Below, in pieces: positions 52,424 through 64,000 of a stretch of 64,000 nucleotides of DNA. The notes beneath the pieces are model-generated. The model made no database searches. It saw only the letters and a list, made by a program, of their open reading frames with translations, and was not told the DNA's origin. Position 1 is the first letter of the stretch, and every line of letters begins with the position of its first letter. The DNA comes from Tubiluchus corallicola (lineage: Eukaryota; Animalia; Priapulida): assembly GCA_030141605.1 (NCBI GenBank), contig JAQGDQ010000048.1, positions 744,001 through 808,000 of the forward strand, given 5' to 3'. The translations under genes were made by a program, and so were the position numbers.

Positions 52424-54285
52424 CAATAAAATTTAATATTGTACCTAATTTTTTTATTTTTGTTTATTAAATTTTAGTAGTACATATTATTAAATATTTC
52501 ACATATTATGACATATTACACATTACATGTTTTACAAATTTTAATAATACATTAAATAATGATGTTACATACACACAGTGCATTAGTAATATTTGCAAGT
52601 ATAGTAAGTTACATATTTACAATACATGGCAAACAAAATAATACAACAGAAGACAAAACTAAACAATAACGAAATATGGCACCCAATAAGTACCAGACAG
52701 AAATGACAGACAGAAAGACACACACGCACGCACATACATATATATATATATATATTTCGCAAATGAGTCTTACATTTCACACAATTGCAATCATAAATTA
52801 GTTATACTGTACAATATTTACATCATTAACATTTTATTGATTAGTATTACAAAGCCTAAAATTAGTTCTACGTGTTGTTATGCAATTTGATTACTACTAC
52901 AACATTTAGTTAATTAGTTGACAAGTTTAGTAATAGCTCTTCCGCTTGATCCTCCGAAAAGCCTGTAATTACTAATTCACCATTGAGTGTCCAAAAAAGC
53001 TCACAACACAAAAGTCAATTCCATTAAAGCTTATTATCATTCTATTATCATTTACGAAAGACAAGCTTCTCATAATTTTATTGCCTTGCATATATTTTAT
53101 GTGGCTGTACAACGTTTGCATTCGTCTTGCAATTTGTTATGCCAGAGATACAATTATTCGAATGTGACATGGGATAGCTAAAATCGTGCGTTAAGACTTC
53201 CTTAGCTCTGTAGCTACAGATTTAGTACTCTTCTCTGACACAAAGTTCTGCCATAAATCTGCCATAAAATGAGCAGCAAAATGAACAAAACAGTTTGAGC
53301 ATTACACGTTGGTTTTTAACGTTCCTAAATTAGTGACACTGCTTTGCCATTTTAGCTTTTTACCATTAATATATATTTCAGATATATGGTTAAAATTGTA
53401 TTTACTGAATATTATCCCTTGGATTTCGTAATGTTATCTCGACAATTTGTGTATAGCTTTACATGAACGAAGTAGAAAACGCCCCAAGTTTACATTAGCG
53501 CTTTATTAAAATGGGTCCGCATTTTATTTCAAAAATAACAAGTGCATCACGAAAACAGTATAAAACAGAAATGTGCGTCACAAACAATTTATTCACAAAA
53601 TGTGAAGCACAACTATTGTATTTAACTGGTATTACCACAATTCTATATTCATTGAAAGCTTGGTGGCTTTAAAATGCGTTATTTAATTTATACAAGCTGC
53701 CAACTCGAAAATAATCAGCTTGGTCAATTAGCGAGTCAATTAAATGATGTGTGGATCCACTATCAAGATCAGCAATAGTTGCAAGCATTTCGTTTTTGTT
53801 GTATGTCTTGCAACGTGCATGATCCGTGTGCTCAGCTGCAGTGTTTTTACGCGTGCCATATGAGTTATGCTATAGTTGTTTCCAGTTTTAATTACATGAT
53901 CGTATTACGAAAATAATAATTCTTTTCTTACGAACACTTCAGATGTTTTATAAGTTACTAATCATCAATCAAGCAACGGATGTCGACTCCTAAAAAGTCT
54001 AGCTCACTAGGCAGCGGGAGTTGTAGTGCATCACAGAAATAATGTCACGGTATCCTTGCCTGATCGAGTCATGTTGGAACAGCGTAATTATAATGTGTAT
54101 CGCCCAAATGTATTTACTTCTGTTATAAGAAAAGGTGACTGATGTAATTCACTTCACCTGCAAGATCGTTAGGCAGGGAAGGAAGATTATCTTTTACCTT
54201 TTTTTGTTACGTGCACTTTTACTATCCATGTTACTTTATTATTTGTATATTATATGTTTACTTAAAAATTATTTTTTACTTACAG

Positions 54286-54477
54286 GTCCACGAATTATGT
54301 GATAACTTCTGCCAAAGGTATATAAACTGTCTAAAGGGTAAAATGCCCATAGATCTGGTCATAGATGAGACACGGGACAGTGCCAGTGGATCTCAGAAGT
54401 CTGGCAGTGGAGATGAAGCCGAGGGTCCTTCAAGAGATGGACCCATGCCACCTCGACCGCAGTCTCAGTTAGATATA
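54286..54477 (+). CDS. MEIS: Meis/hth exon (HM2 end); gene continues, homeodomain exons not found in the window
   Basis: ttacag|[31 protein letters not shown]...QSQLDI|gtaagt. Confidence 0.97.
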
Positions 54478-55299
54478 GTAAGTAAAATATTAGAGTAATA
54501 ATAAATAGAATGACCACTCACCGCTGATATCACACAGTTAAACCATGGAATATATCTTTAACCCTTAACTACTATTCACTCAACACGTGGTTAACGAATT
54601 GTGGTCAAAAAGCGTGTATTAACAGGTGTCATTATGAAGATTTGTGCTTTGATGCTACCAATATAATCCACAGTTTAACAATGATGTAAGGACTATTGTA
54701 TGCATTGTTTTTTAAGCTAAGAAAAATTACGCAAGTATAAAAATGTGCTAAGTGTTGTAATGTTGTTGTATTTGTAACATTTTCAAATTGTTATTTAAAT
54801 TATATAATAACACAATACAAGTGTGTTATCTATCAATAAACAATAAAAAATTATCAGTTATCAATGATACATTTTATGCAAATTTTTGTTAAGGTTTTTG
54901 GAACTGGAAGCTTTTTTTGTGCACCTATGTGGTATTCTTTAGCTGCCAAAGATACAGTTTCAAGTATTTAAACTAGTCATTTTATAAATAGATGTGCAGC
55001 CTATAATACCTAGTGTATTAGCTACTGATATATAGGTTTATAATTCTCATTTCGGAGATTCTGACTAATGAAGCTTTACTTTAAAAATTGGTGAGGTTAG
55101 GTGAAATAAACATCGAAAACTAGCTAGATCGTTGATTTTTTTGAACACTTTTTATCAAAGACATGTTTGTTTCATTTACTTTCATCCATTCTAAAATTGC
55201 CAAGTCCATAAGTAAAAAAGACAGTAGGTTGCCCTATATCATCTATAAATATAACATTTATGCTGGCTCTATGTGGCAAGCCAAATGTTCATCATAGGA

Positions 55300-55592
55300 A
55301 ATACTGCTTTTCTGAGCAAAGCCTCCCTGGAAAAAAATCAGGTTTTGCTACTAAAACTGTGGTTTTCTGAGCAAACTTGACATAAAAGTAATACCCATGA
55401 TTTCTGCAGTGAAACTAGGGCGTAGCATCAAAACATGGTTTCTGATAAACTATTGCTTCTGTGCAAAACATGGGATTGCTGAGTGAGAGTATTGTTTAAC
55501 AGCAAAATCCATGATTTCTGAGCAAAACCAGGGTACCACTGACAATACCTAGGATCTGTGGAACGAAACTAAGGTTTTGCTCAGAAAAATCT
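55300..55592. repeat. Degenerate direct and inverted repeats of TTCTGAGCAAAAC
   Basis: ttttctgagcaaagc (~55308), ggttttctgagcaaac (~55361), gatttctgagcaaaacc (~55513), inverted ggttttgctcagaaa (~55573) and ggttttgcta (~55341). Confidence 0.7.
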
Positions 55593-58500
55593 ATTCTTTA
55601 TAGTTTAGTAGAATCTTGTAAAGTATGTTAGGTTCTCTATGTATACTGGAGAGATAATAATTCAATATGACATCTGGCCAGGATCAACAGGAACAAATTC
55701 CATTTGGAGTTCATGTTCCCAGTAATCCAGATTCAAGGATATACAAGTCGACATGTACAGCAATCCCACACCACAGGGCGAAGTTCTGGATAGTAAATGC
55801 ATGAGTAAGTGCAAGGAGGAAGTAGACCCAACATTGAAACACTAAACTTTGATTAGGCAGATAGAGTTGCAGATCTCAGATCTCATCAAAATGGTTTAAT
55901 AAAAGCTTTTGTAAGACCATCAGGCTGTTGAAAGTGCATTAGTGCCCCAAGGAAAAATTGTTAGATCTTGTTTAAGATTTGGATTTACCTTATGCCATCG
56001 AAATGTTCAGATATTTCTAATCCCGATTTAAACTTTAACCGATGTAATTTTGATAATATCACGAGAAGTAAAAATAATTTTGATGTGATAGTTTTGAACG
56101 ATTTGTGGTGTCTTCTGCTACACGCAATTACATTTTGTTTGAAGAAATTCATAATATAACTACATTAAGTGTCTAGATATTTCCATTTCCACCATCACGT
56201 GAGGGACCATTGTTAGCTGATTATACCCCCGCAGGTAAAGCGATCATCTTCTTTGGTTGCTCAATCTGGACTGAGATTAAAACGTGAGATAGGGAAATCG
56301 TTGTGGACAGAAGTTTGCCAAAATGGCCGTCGATTTTATTGTTTATTAACCGATCGTTGAACGATGTTCGCGCCTTTGTGTCGCGCAAGTTGGCACAATG
56401 GAAATGTGCATGTGTGAGTTCAGATGCATGAAGAAAGGGTTGATGCTAACCGTAGGCGTCCTAATTTTGGCGCCGTAGCTTTTATAAAAGTTCAAAGCTT
56501 TTGAAGGTTCTGAAATAATTTGACCAATGGCTGATTTTAGAAATAGGCGAAGTTCAAAATGGTGAGCTAATACAGCAGTTCTTAATAACCCTAAGTTAGC
56601 AATTGTACAATTTGCATTTACTGTGTCAACTTCCTGATGCAATTGAAAAAAACTATTTTTAAACATTCATTCCGAAACTAGTACGTCGCCCTAAAGTCGT
56701 AAGTTCAAAATTTTTGTTTGCACCAACAGAGCATAATTAATTTTAGCTGTAATAGTGTGACGTTTTGAGCTAGTCCATGAAGTTCCTTCAACGATGTTAC
56801 AGAGTATGGCTTTAATTTGGAAAACAAGTAATCTCATACCTCTAGATGGCTTATTCAGGCTGAGTGTTTGAGGAAAGTTTGAAATAACTGATTTGGCCCA
56901 TATTAATTACTTCACAACTCTTACGTGATAGATGTTAATTTATGACTTTTAACTTCCTTTTCATTTGTTCTGCTTTCCTTTGTTTTCTTTAAAAATTCAT
57001 ACAAACACAAACTAAAACGCTACCTTGTAATATGCAGCCGCTTACCGTTGCCATTGGCTTATTTTACCATCACACAAGAAGACAATTTCATAACCGTAAA
57101 CCAGTCGAACCTCCTCCATTACAATGGTGGCCCTGCAGGAATCCCCTAGATCCTCCGATTGAGAGAGAGCCCACCAGATGGTTGCTCTTTTAGTACCGGG
57201 TAACAAGTTGAGTGGTACCCCCGCTGGGATTTCAGCTGCATTCTAGTATGAAACTTAAGAAAGTATATTACCAGGATTTAATTAAAACTGTTCATCAACT
57301 TTAGAAATATTTTTTTATAGCTGGAAACTTATATATTACTTAAAAATGTGCACCGAGGTAGTGTAGCATGGTGTGATTAGGCTTGATATGGTGTGTGCAA
57401 TCTGGCGATGAAAGTAATGTTTGGGGCTCTGCATATTAGTGTTTGACCCACGTGTCCTGCCATTTTACTGTAACTTCTGACCCGTGTGGGGCCGTGACGT
57501 ATTAGGCTGGTACTAGTGGCATCAAAATACCCTACTGTGTGACTGTTTTTAACCTTGATATAGATTATTTATGATTTCTGTTGATGAATTGTTTCTTTTT
57601 GAAATTTTGTAAGTCTTATATTCGCGTTCGTGATGCATTTAAGAACGTACGCTGTTCATGCTGGTTCTTAACATGTATGATGTCAAGAAATAACTAAAAA
57701 CCAGGTCTAAATTTTAAACCACTTTATGAATCTTTTTTGAGGTCCACGTACTGTGATGAAACATAAAACAGCCAGGTAAATATGTTAAAAATTTATCCCA
57801 CCCACTCTTTGTATACATTATAAAAATCTTTGGTTTATAATTTTCCACCAATCGTTTAGATATAAGAAATTTAAATAGGTTTTTCACCGTGTTTTAATGT
57901 TTTTGTTTAAACATGTCTGACCTGGCCTTTTATAATAAACTGTCATTTCATATTTGTTATAGTAAATAAACCACGCAGTCTTATCAGATTACGATTAACA
58001 TGTGTAATTTTTGCTACAAATCCCCTATTAGAAATCTTGATTTTAATTATGCATTGAATTTTAATTTGATGTATGTATCGATTTGTTAATTTCACCAGAA
58101 GTCGTTATGGGGGGACTTTTTCAGAAATAACTAATTTCTGTTTTCTAAAATTATAATATAAATTTGCGTGTTACTTTCCGTTTGTTTATGTTTGGCTTTT
58201 GTTCTATATTTCTTATATTTCTTTATTTTTTCTTTCTTTTTCATGCCTTTTCTATATTTTGTTCATTAATAGTCAATTGGCATTTTAACATTTTGTATTA
58301 ATTTGGCATGGAAGAAATTTATTTTAAACACACGTACATGTTATTTGGTATAAAGTTTTAATTCAGTAACGGTGGCATGGAGTGCATCTTCTGTCTGGCA
58401 TGCATCATATTGTGTATTTAAGAATGACTTTGTCGAACGATTAGTTGTCTTGTTGTTGCTGTTGTTTTCTGCAGCTGCTTTGCCAAGAATATTAGTTTAA

Positions 58501-61115
58501 ACTCTATGCACTCTACACTTATTTACCGATTTATGTAAATTGCGTAATCCCTTGACATTTTCTTCTAATTCTAATTAAATCCACAAAATATGTCCCCAGC
58601 ATATGTTCGTCCCTCTTACCCTCATCTTATGCTTGAATTGCAGCATGTGTGTTTCTAGCCCCCTACTCTCTAATCGGATATGGTTAAACCATACTTTTCA
58701 TGGCCACATGGAATGAAGTAATAAGTTGTCTAGTGTGTTTGATATGTGCTTTGATATCATTTCTAAAGGTTTTAGTGCACCAGGTTAATCAATAGTTATA
58801 TAGTTACATGACTAAATTATTAATATTCGGACATAAGTGTTCCACCAGTTCTTCTCTATTCAGCCGTTAACGTGTTAAAGCCGACTTTTATTTCCCTAAT
58901 CTTTTGACCCGTGCACCTTTCCTCTGGATACTAATTCTTTCTTTTAGACTTTTTCTTCTTTCCGCCATTCTTGCAAATGGGTGGTGGTTTCCTTGCAAAG
59001 TTAACCTTATCCCTATCTCAAAATCTTGTCTTAGCCACCAGCAAGTAAGACACAATTGATGTCTCCATACCATGCAGAATCAAAATAACAGCCCTCCGGG
59101 TAGGTGAAAGCAGTCCCACGTGTAGGTTACCATGTAATGTTGGATAAGAGGGTTATCTCGAAAATAATCTTAGTAGCCGCTAATGTGAACACACCTCTAT
59201 ACAGTTGCCATTATAAGGCAGGGTTCAAAATTTGGGTAAGTCTGTCATGGAGGAAACAAATTGTTCTATGTATTGCCTATACCAATGAATAAAAAATGAA
59301 CGTTCTTATGATGTAAAACATGATTTTGCGGTACTAAGATTGCTTCATAATAATATCTTTTATGCAACGGAAAATAATATCAAAGCATAGCATCTCTTCC
59401 AATTGTGGATTGATCCCGAAGGAGGAACGTTGGAAAAAAGATTTGGATTAAGATGGGAATCGCCTCCAGCTTTACAAGCTTTCTTCTGGAAAGAGGGATT
59501 TTCTGAATATATTAACTCGCCTCGTGTAGCTACATTGAACCATCTTTCCTAATAATGATCAACTTTTATACATTGCAATTTTAGATAGGTTGCATAGATC
59601 TTAGATTTTTAATTATTCTAGCTTCTTATTAGGATTTAGTCAAGTTTTTCACTGTAGTGATTTTTGGAAGAGAACCTATTTTTAAGATAGGGTAAGCTAA
59701 AGACGCTAATTGCATTCTCAGTAGGCATTTTGTATAGATGTTAATGTTCAAGGTATGGTTGGCGTTCATAAATCTTAAAAGAATAAGCAATTACCAATTA
59801 GCAATCGTAATTCGTCCTTAATGTTTTAATTCGAAATACTATAGATTCGCGGGCTGCATGACCTGCTGTCTGGCATATAGATTTAACAACTTAGATTCAA
59901 GGAGGTGAATCTTTTTTTGAATAAATGATTTCAGTGTGGAAAAGACTTCGGGAAGGGACATTCATCTCAATGTAATGTGTAAAAGGTTTAAAAACTACTC
60001 TGTGTTCGAAGCCTGTCTGTGGGTACAATATTCTTTCTTTGCCACGAGTGTTGACTAGAATAGCATATTTGCCAGAAAAATCATTTTGTTCTGGATACCG
60101 ATGAGTCATGTAATTTATATGAAAGCGACATGCCATCGCATTGCTGTCCTGGATAAAAGTCTTGTAGGTCCTATCAGCACTGTACACATTCAACCTGGAT
60201 AGCTTATGCAAATCAGCGTGAAATCTCGCGAAGGGGACGCATGTTCTGTCGCCTTTGTCTTACTCCCCGGGCTGTGTGCAGCTAAGCATGCATGCTTCTT
60301 AAATCGTTAAATTAATTGATTCAATTAAGGTGTATAATGGAATACAGACTAAGCGAGAGTATAGGTCGCCGAGCTTCAAGAGCTTCTTTAGAAAGAGCTA
60401 TAGTAGTTGAAGCCCGGAGGGGACGCATTTTAACCTTGTACATTTACTAGAGTGTAGCTGTTCATCTCCTTAAAATATAGCAGGTTCAGAAGTTGGTTAT
60501 TTTACAATTACTGTACTTTATAGCTACGCAGTAGGCTTTATTTCATGCGAAAATATTTACAGTTAGTCATATTTATATACCAGGAAGATCCTAAATACAG
60601 AGCCTTGCAAATGTACATCAGTTCTTAGCAAGCCAATCTTTGGTTGTCGCATTCACTCGTCCGGTCTTCGTTTTCTCTTCTTGGTGATTTCTGAACTTTC
60701 TAATGTATCAACTCTAAACTTTATTTACTTATGAGAAAGTAATTTCTGTGCCAGCTGAGTGAAAACAAATAGCTCCTTTAATAATAACGCTAAGTAGAGG
60801 TCATTGGAGATTTTTTGTTCAATCGTGTGACCAAAGCTGTTCAATTCTTATCCCGGAGGGAACTTCAAGGAAGCCACTATTAGCCACGCTTTTTGCGTAA
60901 ATAAATTAAACATTTTATTTAGGAAGGACGCACTGTGTAATCCGTACAAGATGTTGGTCTGTAATCTAGCTTGCTGTGGATTACACGTAATCTTCTAAAT
61001 CCACTGTAAATCCAACGTTTTGTAAACACAGAAATCTAACCTTAGGGCGATACTGTATAGCGCCATTTTGAATCTTGGAGAAGACGACCCAAATCGCTAC
61101 TGTTCTGGATGTTGT

Positions 61116-61116
<1 letters not shown>

Positions 61117-61166
<50 letters not shown>

Positions 61167-61179
61167 GGTGGTGGTGGTG
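61117..61179. repeat. Compound (TTG)n(TGG)n microsatellite
   Basis: Direct read of the sequence. Confidence 0.95.
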
Positions 61180-61189
61180 GGTGACCTTT

Positions 61190-61745
61190 TGAAAGCCTAA
61201 GGCCCCGTGAATTCGCAGTGGTTTGTAATGAAACTTCACACGAACTTCAAACTAGAATAAATTGCGCGCGGTGAATGATAGTGTCGCATTTTAGATTCGC
61301 CATTTTAAATTCAAGATGGCGACGATAACATAATTTTCGAAAAAGCCTAAGGTTTACCAATTCGCAGTGGATCGTCATGAATCTGTACGTTAATGTACTA
61401 GTACGACATGCGCATTGATTGACGTAGATGTATTTTCCATTCGCGATTTCGAAATCAAGGTGGCGATAATAACATCGGTTTTTGACACAATTTTCAAAAA
61501 AGCCCAGAGCTGTGTTAATTCGTAACAGATCGCCATGAAGCTTTATAGAAATATGCTAGAATGAATTCCGCATCGTCTGACGGAGTTGGGCTTTCGATCC
61601 GCACTTTAAATTCAAGAAGTTAGCGAAAAATAATTTTCGAACTAAGCCTAAGACTCCAATTCGCAACAGATCGTTATGAAATTTATAGAAAATATAATTG
61701 ATAGAGTAGGATTTTTGATATGGCATCTTGAATTCTAGATGGCGG
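61190..61745. repeat. Diverged tandem repeat, four units with ~150-bp period
   Basis: aagcctaagg...aattcgcag...atgaa recurs at ~61193, ~61343, ~61500 and ~61645, each followed by (cgccatttt)...tcaagatggcg-like segments. Confidence 0.8.
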
Positions 61746-61939
61746 CATTGACGTAATTCCTAATCCACGTTCTTGAGTGCAACGAGTCCCTCAAGTTCGT
61801 GGATTAGGATAGTTCGAGCCGAACTAGTTTACAGTTTCTTACTGTTAAGCAAGTCTTTAGTCAAGTTTTTAAGTAAATTTGTACTTTCTTTTAATGCTAG
61901 GTTATTATTTACTTTGATAGTGTGGAGTAATATTTTTTA

Positions 61940-62146
61940 TTTCATTTGTTCGTTTGTTTGTCCTTGCATACTTTCTTTTCCCATTCTTTCCTTCACTCAT
62001 TTATTTATTCTGTTATTCATTCTTTTGTCGTGCCATTCTTTTATTTGTTTCTTTATTCATTCATTAGTCCATTTGTTTGTTCGTTTGTTTATTCGTTTAT
62101 TCATTCATACATTCATTCCACCCAGACATTCATTCGTTTATTCATT
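61940..62146. repeat. (TTCA/TTTA/TTTG)n low-complexity tract
   Basis: Imperfect tetranucleotide repeats; these explain the Phe/Ile/His-rich spurious ORFs here. Confidence 0.85.
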
Positions 62147-64000
62147 TAAATGTAAGTTTTGTCTCTGCAGGGTTTATTTGTTTACTGCATTAAGACATAA
62201 TGGCTGGCACTATTTATTGATCAGTGGAACCTGTACTCAGTATATTAAGGATGAAGTAATGCAGGTTGACAGTTCAAATCAGATATTCTCACGATTAGTT
62301 GCGCGTTGTGACTGTCGCCTCCCTCCTTTTAGGATGAATAATTGAATACTTCACACACAACTTGGCCAACAACAACAGGCTATATAATACGTGTATTGCT
62401 AGGCTCTTTTACGGAAGGCTTTTGCAAGTGCATTTTCCAGTTTTTTAATACAATGTAGCACATTACAAGCTGGGATATTGCAAGTTTAGCTGATGAAACC
62501 GCCCAAAAGCAAATTGGCCACCATCCATCCATAAATTCATTAATCAGGTCCCAGCTTGGTTTAACTTTACTCACAATCGCACTTCCTACACCCGCTTTAC
62601 ATTTTCCCTTTGCCCTCGCCCTACAGAGCGTGTGATAAATTTTGATAAATTTCTTTTTAAATTGAGCTTTTTACTGGTATGTACCATTATCTTACTCGAC
62701 CTTACAGCATGCCACTGTATTAAAAACATTTGATTTATTATGTATGCCAAACTTATGAGATGGAAATGTTAGAAACTCTATTTTTGATCACTTACTTATA
62801 CGTCGTTATAAGTTCAGTTTAATTTAGCAAAGAAAATATGGGATATTGCGATTTTTTGGCAGCTCCATACAGCCTATTAAATAGACAGTGCAATGTTAAT
62901 AACGTACAATGCCAGTGACTGCGCTGTATTATACTAAACGACGTTGAGAAAGTAGTCGGTGAAAACATAATAATATTTCTTGGACTAACAGATAATTTTG
63001 GCGCAATATTCCATTTCCTGTTCGTCACTTCACAGGAGGGTGTTGGGCTTCCCGTGGAGGAGGCTGGCTCACTAAAATACCAGTCATTATCTTGAAATTT
63101 CATTATTCCACCTGATTTGTTGCACACATGTCCGCTGTTTTTGTAGGCATCTTTACACTTAGCTATTAATAATTGATTTGGTTTAAATCTAATTATTTCT
63201 AATTTAAATCCGGGCTCAAATTAACCACATTTCCTTTCTTTTGCCACATTTGTTCACTAAGTTTAATAAAATAATTGGATTCTTTGTCATCATTAGTGAT
63301 TACATTTTAATTTTGAAAATTAATATAGTTTAGTGACATCGATTCCAGTGATAAAAAATGGGCTACCTACGGTCATGTCCGTCTAATTAAATATTTTTTA
63401 TAAGCACTAATTCCTTTTTGTCTAAAAGTGGGCTTACTTTGAGGATCACACTTGCACACTCACGTGGGTGCTTAGTTAATGCCAGTAATTAACCATAGTA
63501 CAACGAACATAAATAGTTTGTGTTGTATACAATTGAAAGACAATGGCTACGCGTGCCCGGATTTATCCCGTAATGGCACTTGAGAATCCGCGGTGCGCCA
63601 CGCTAAGTAGCTCTCAGTAGGATTCTGCACAGCTGAACAAGACAGCTCCTGCTAGTAGCACGTGTTCTCTCCTTTGGATAATACAGAAACCAAGCTTCGC
63701 CTAGCAGTAAATGCAAGTAAATCCTAGATTGGGTGTTTACGTCCCCGTTTTTATAAATTCTGCTAGCCTATAAGAGTGTAATTGCTTTTTAAACGCTTAC
63801 ATGGCTTTTGGTAACATCTGCATCTCGGAGAATTATAAATTCTTTTCAGTTTGAGACATAAGTAAATTTTCCCAAAATTGTTATGAAATTCCCGGAATAA
63901 AAAAGATTAATTTGAGAAGCTGTCTAGACCTGGCAGTGCATGTCTTTGGCTGCAGATAATTTGAGATAAAAAGTTTTCATCTCTTTACAACTTTGGTCTG

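Noticed and set aside
58560-59780. Possible decayed L1/Tx1 or CR1 fragment on the minus strand
   Set aside because: Coding-like texture, but no motif I could identify with confidence.
61773-62345. 190-aa hydrophobic ORF resembling a membrane protein
   Set aside because: Hydrophobicity derives from the TTCA/TTTG low-complexity tract, and the start is non-ATG.
54478-64000. Meis gene lacking a homeodomain altogether
   Set aside because: The last exon has a strong donor and introns are ~10 kb, so the remaining exons most likely lie beyond the window. A poorly conserved linker exon could also have been missed.

Overview
AT-rich animal (probably invertebrate) genomic DNA with GT-AG introns. Five protein-coding genes were assembled by hand, all on the + strand. 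(1) The last two exons of an axonemal dynein heavy chain, closest in its C-terminus to DNAH1 (204-1948). (2) A 3-exon, 112-aa Ly6/uPAR three-finger protein with a signal peptide and no GPI tail, absent from the ORF track (5777-7079). (3) An 8-exon, ~748-aa CD36/scavenger receptor class B protein with a ~250-aa segment where the family normally has a short apical helical bundle (9396-22054). (4) A 5-exon DMAC2/ATP5SL complex I assembly factor (23812-27926). (5) The 5' half of a Meis/homothorax TALE gene with large introns (30257 onward, last exon seen ends 54477); the homeodomain is not in the window. Non-coding DNA holds a hAT-type MITE with TSD, a fold-back element, LINE and Tc1/mariner relics, local duplications, diverged tandem repeats and many microsatellites. 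Best leads: the enlarged, Cys-poor CD36 protein with RFX boxes and recursive-splice-type exons; the secreted three-finger protein; a divergent PBX-binding exon in Meis; a candidate homeodomain-less Meis isoform; and a PBX/MEIS+NF-Y+RFX motif cluster upstream of Meis. All calls are by eye, with no database search.
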